Below, in pieces: positions 29,003-32,000 of a DNA stretch of 32,000 nucleotides; the first letter of the stretch is position 1; each line of letters starts with the position of its first letter. The notes under the pieces were generated by a model that ran no database searches, was not told where the DNA came from, and worked only from the letters and a program-made list of their open reading frames with translations. The translations under genes and the position numbers were made by a program. The DNA comes from Mucisphaera calidilacus (GTDB lineage: Bacteria > Planctomycetota > Phycisphaerae > Phycisphaerales > Phycisphaeraceae), in NCBI RefSeq assembly GCF_007748075.1, contig NZ_CP036280.1, positions 1,770,001-1,802,000 on the forward strand, in the 5' to 3' direction.

Positions 29003-30553
29003 TCAACCCGATGCAGACGCCACCATCGCGCGAACCAGCCCCGCCACCGAAGCCTCCGTTGCCTCGACATCCGCGGGATAACCAAGCTCGTCCAGCGTCC
29101 GCGACGTCACCGGGCCGATCGAAACACGACGCGCCGACCCCATGCCCGCACCCGCACGCTCCAGGCAGGACACCAGATTCCGGGCCGTCGACGAGCTCGT
29201 AAAAGTCACCCAATCAACCCCCCCGCCCGCCAACGCCTCGACCACACCCTCCTCCAGTCGCTCTACCGGCTCCGTGAAGTAAGCCGGCACATCCTCCACC
29301 GTCCAGCCCGAGTCCCGAAGCAGACCGGGCAGCGTCGCGCCGCCTATATCCGCACGCCAGAGCAACGCACGCCCCGAACCCTCCGACGCCTCCAGCATCA
29401 CTGTTGCCAACGCACCCCCATGCGCCTCATCGGGCAGCACGTCGGCACGAACCCCCAGCCGCTCGCGCAAACTCCCCGCCGTCGCCGCACCGACCGCCGC
29501 CACACGCACTCCAGCCAGCGAACGCGCATCCAGCCCCACACGATCCATCACCACACGCAGCGACTCAACAGCATTCACCGACGTGACCGCCAGCCAGTCG
29601 TACGAACCCACCGCCGAAACGACACGATCGAGCATCGCCCTGTCCTCGTTCGGCCGAATCCGAATCGTCGCAGCTTCGACGACCTCAGCACCCAACGCTC
29701 GCAGCGCCGATGACAGTGACGACGCCTGTGCACGCGTGCGTGTCACCAACACACGCTGACCGAAAAGCGGCCGACCCGTGAACCAGCCCAGAGCCGGCTC
29801 GTCAAGGCCCGCAACCGACCCGATCACGATGATCGCAGGCGAACCCAGCCCCGCCTCAGACACCCGACGCTCAAGCGTCGCGACCGTACCCCGGACCGAA
29901 CGCTGCCGAGGCATCGCCCCCCACTGCACCAGCGCCGCAGGCGTCTCGCCCGAAACGCCATGCGACACCAACGCCGCCATGATCCCCGCCATCCGCCCCA
30001 CACCCATGTACACACACAGCGTCCCGCCCGAACGCACCATCCCGGCCAACGCCGCATAGTCCAGCTGCGTCGATGACTTCTCAGGCGTCTCGTGCCCCGT
30101 CAGCAGCGTCACGCTCGACGACATACCCCGAAACGTCGCCGGGATCCCAGCCAGCGCCGGGGCCGCCAACCCACTCGTCACACCCGGCAGAACCTCACAC
30201 ACCAGCCCACGCTCCGCCAGGTAAATCGCCTCCTCACCACCACGCCCGAACAGATAAGGATCACCACCCTTCAAACGAACCACAAACCGCCCCGCTTCCG
30301 CATGCTCCACCAGCAACGCGTTGATCTCGTCCTGCGTCAGCGTATGGTCTTTCGCACGCTTGCCCGCATCAATCAGAATCGCCTCCGGGCTAACCTCCTG
30401 CAGCAGCGAGGGATCCGACAACGCGTCGTAAATCACAACGTCCGCCTCACGCAGTCGCTCAAGCCCGCGAACCGTGATCAAACCCGGGTCACCAGGCCCG
30501 GCGCCAATCAGCGAAACGTCGCACGTCCGAATTTCCGGTCCTTCATCTTTCAC
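29003..30553 (-). CDS. cobA-hemD: Fused uroporphyrinogen-III C-methyltransferase / uroporphyrinogen-III synthase
   Basis: 516 aa. The N-terminal half has VSLIGAGPGDPGLITVRGLERLREADVVIYDAL...RLKGGDPYLFGRGGEE...VLPGVTS, a SUMT/TP-methylase fold. The C-terminal half (RPLFGQRVLVTRTRAQASSLSSALRALGAEV...) has the HemD two-lobed pattern. Confidence 0.9.
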   Translation of the reverse strand: MKDEGPEIRTCDVSLIGAGPGDPGLITVRGLERLREADVVIYDALSDPSLLQEVSPEAILIDAGKRAKDHTLTQDEINALLVEHAEAGRFVVRLKGGDPYLFGRGGEEAIYLAERGLVCEVLPGVTSGLAAPALAGIPATFRGMSSSVTLLTGHETPEKSSTQLDYAALAGMVRSGGTLCVYMGVGRMAGIMAALVSHGVSGETPAALVQWGAMPRQRSVRGTVATLERRVSEAGLGSPAIIVIGSVAGLDEPALGWFTGRPLFGQRVLVTRTRAQASSLSSALRALGAEVVEAATIRIRPNEDRAMLDRVVSAVGSYDWLAVTSVNAVESLRVVMDRVGLDARSLAGVRVAAVGAATAGSLRERLGVRADVLPDEAHGGALATVMLEASEGSGRALLWRADIGGATLPGLLRDSGWTVEDVPAYFTEPVERLEEGVVEALAGGGVDWVTFTSSSTARNLVSCLERAGAGMGSARRVSIGPVTSRTLDELGYPADVEATEASVAGLVRAMVASASG

Positions 30554-30635
30554 TGCTGAACCTTAACGCCTGAACAACCGATTCATCCGATATCAACGGT
30601 GGTCATACTTCACGATCACAGAGCGGAGGTTCACC

Positions 30636-31019
30636 ATGTCACAGACTACAGCTTCAAACCCACTTCGGCTCGCCGTCGATCAGCACGACGAACTCGACCC
30701 ACTCGTCTTCGAACGCCGGCAGAGTACACGACGTCGCATGCGGGGACAGGTCACGGCCCTCATCCGCTCCGCCGCCGAATCGCCCAAAGAGGCCCGGCAG
30801 CACAAGATCTGCGCCATGACTCTTCATGATATGTCCGACACCGGCATCGGCATGATGGCACAGGAGCCCATCGCCCTCGGCGACGAAGTCACCGTCTTCT
30901 TCCCGCCCCACGGGTCCGAACGCGGCTTCGACATCAACGGCACCGTCGTCCGCCAGAACCAGGCCAACGACCAGACCAGCATCGGCATCCGCTACGGCAG
31001 CCAGATCATGGCCGCCTGA
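30636..31019 (+). CDS. Single-domain PilZ (c-di-GMP receptor-type) protein
   Basis: 127 aa. GGAGG lies 6 nt upstream. Both PilZ signatures are present: RRQSTRRR (RxxxR) and DMSDTGIG (D-x-S-x-x-G). Confidence 0.75.
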   Translation: MSQTTASNPLRLAVDQHDELDPLVFERRQSTRRRMRGQVTALIRSAAESPKEARQHKICAMTLHDMSDTGIGMMAQEPIALGDEVTVFFPPHGSERGFDINGTVVRQNQANDQTSIGIRYGSQIMAA

Positions 31020-31046
31020 GCCGCAACACACATCCCAAGACCACAC

Positions 31047-31583
31047 TCAAGCCGGCCCCACGGGACCGGCTTGTTCTTTGGCCGTCAGTAGGTCCGCATA
31101 AGACGCCTCCAGAGCCTGCGGCATCACCCGCGCGTTACCCACCGTCTCCATGAAGTTCACGTCGCCCTGCCAGCGTGGCACCACGTGCACGTGCAGATGA
31201 CCCGGAACCGCCGCACCCGCACAGCGACCGATGTTCATTCCGATATTCACGCCCTGCGCGCACACCGCTCTGCGAATCAAAGCGTCCGCCCACGCCACCA
31301 ACTCCATCAAATCAGCACGCTCCGCCACCGTCAGGTCGCCGAGTTCGCCCACGTGCCGCACACTCGCCACCAGCAGGTGACCATTCGTGTACGGGTAACG
31401 GTTCATCAGCACCACCGCGGTCCGATACCTCGTCAGGATCAGACGCTCGCGACGCTCCTGATCCGACAACCCCTCCGCCCCCGCCTCACACAAAAAACAC
31501 CCGTCATCCGCACCCGATGAGAGCTCACCACGCAGGTACTCGATCCGCCAAGGTGCCCACAGCTTCTTATCGCCACTCATCAC
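31047..31583 (-). CDS. HIT-family nucleotide hydrolase/transferase (Ap4A phosphorylase-like)
   Basis: 178 aa. It has the N-terminal WAPWRIEYL pattern, NRYPYTNGHLLV, and the histidine triad GHLHVHVVPRW. Confidence 0.9.
   Translation of the reverse strand: MMSGDKKLWAPWRIEYLRGELSSGADDGCFLCEAGAEGLSDQERRERLILTRYRTAVVLMNRYPYTNGHLLVASVRHVGELGDLTVAERADLMELVAWADALIRRAVCAQGVNIGMNIGRCAGAAVPGHLHVHVVPRWQGDVNFMETVGNARVMPQALEASYADLLTAKEQAGPVGPA
31049..31080 (+). terminator. Hairpin + T-rich tract after the PilZ gene, embedded in the 3' end of the convergent HIT gene
   Basis: AAGCCGG-(10 nt)-CCGGCTT followed by GTTCTTTG. It starts 30 nt after the PilZ stop. Confidence 0.5.
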
Positions 31584-31699
31584 AACAGACTATCAACGCC
31601 CAGAGTCCGATGACGTCGGCGATATGCACTTTTCCGTAGGCACGCCACCACCGATGCCGATGAATCGCTAGAGTCTCCTCCGGAGCTACCGGGAACACC

Positions 31700-32000
31700 A
31701 TGAATAACGCCTGGATCATCCTGTTTGCTGTCCTCGCACCGCTCGTCACGGGCATGCTCACGCTGTTGTTGCCTCGGCAAGCGATCACCCTCAAAGTGCT
31801 CCTCGCAGCCCTCGGGCCCGTCGTCGCCTTCGCCTTCATCATCGCCGGCAGCAGCCGGATCAACACCGAATTCAGCCAGCACGCACTCGATCACCACGCC
31901 GACCACGCCACCGCGCACCTCGACGACCACCACCACGCCGGACACGACCCCTTCGCCGACATCCCACTACCCACAAGCGAGGTCATCCCCTGGATGCCCG
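31700..32000 (+). CDS. 5' part of a polytopic membrane protein (N-terminus resembles NuoL/MrpA/DabB-type antiporter-like subunits), partial
   Basis: ATG 31700, open to the window end: MNNAWIILFAVLAPLVTGMLTLLLPRQAITLKVLLAALGPVVAFAFIIAGSS... This gives two TM helices, then a His-rich loop, then ...EVIPWMP. Codons are C-ending. It is not in the ORF track because it is open-ended. The family call is tentative. Confidence 0.55.
   Translation, partial: MNNAWIILFAVLAPLVTGMLTLLLPRQAITLKVLLAALGPVVAFAFIIAGSSRINTEFSQHALDHHADHATAHLDDHHHAGHDPFADIPLPTSEVIPWMP

Noticed and set aside
28900-29085. N-terminal extensions offered by the ORF track (28720..29085; likewise 27544..27651, 2603..2659, 19951..20010 and 24013..24033)
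   Set aside because: The extensions are compositionally odd (W/R/C-rich), lack an RBS, or overlap the neighbouring gene. In each case an internal ATG with an RBS-like purine box yields a sensible N-terminus.
27779-29713. 644-aa plus-strand ORF
   Set aside because: It runs antisense across four independent, family-assignable minus-strand genes: the 141-aa protein, fabZ, the Hc1-like gene and cobA-hemD. The product is R/H/T/Q-rich with no motifs.
30654-31046. 130-aa minus-strand ORF
   Set aside because: It is antisense to the PilZ gene, which has both PilZ signatures, a GGAGG RBS and host-like codons.
31175-31945. ORFs 31175..31639 (+), 31185..31520 (+), 31567..31866 (-) and 31580..31945 (-)
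   Set aside because: They are shadows of the HIT gene and of the partial membrane-protein gene, respectively.

Overview
GC-rich bacterial chromosomal segment, roughly 60-65% GC by eye. The gene content suggests a Planctomycetota/PVC genome, possibly Phycisphaerae-like; this is inference, since no search was possible. That content includes three PEP-CTERM proteins with dockerin-type Ca loops, a formylglycine-type sulfatase, GH130, a 4354-aa acidic ORF with an N-terminal LEDRLLLS motif, and an Hc1-type histone-like gene. Left to right, the window starts with a partial secreted-protein gene, then a LacI-family regulator divergent from a GH130 + lipoprotein-sulfatase pair. Next, on the minus strand, comes a 13.07-kb giant ORF (5613..18677). 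It is translationally coupled (TGATG overlap) to a 346-aa protein with a signal peptide, a cohesin-like region, dockerin-like repeats and a PEP-CTERM anchor. This two-gene module is the most interesting thing in the window, and about 3500 aa of the giant protein match no family I can recognise. At 19052..19099 there is a perfect 48-bp copy of the 3' part of the tRNA-Asp(GUC) gene, which is intact at 26065..26138. The ~7.0-kb interval between the two copies looks like a decayed tRNA-integrated island. It holds two more PEP-CTERM proteins (one with clearly deviant G-ending codon usage) and a 1293-bp IS3-family element with a damaged orfB, inserted into an IS5-family transposase pseudogene that has three in-frame stops. 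It also holds two further IS3-like relics and no recognisable integrase. Right of the tRNA lie a Gfo/Idh/MocA oxidoreductase, a small basic AT-hook/H1-like protein, a FabZ-like dehydratase, a 59-aa Hc1-like protein, a CobA-HemD fusion, a PilZ protein, a HIT-family protein and the start of a polytopic membrane protein. I saw no CRISPR array, rRNA or recognisable defence-system genes. Many long ORFs in the supplied track are antisense or alternate-frame shadows of these genes, as expected at high GC, and were rejected.
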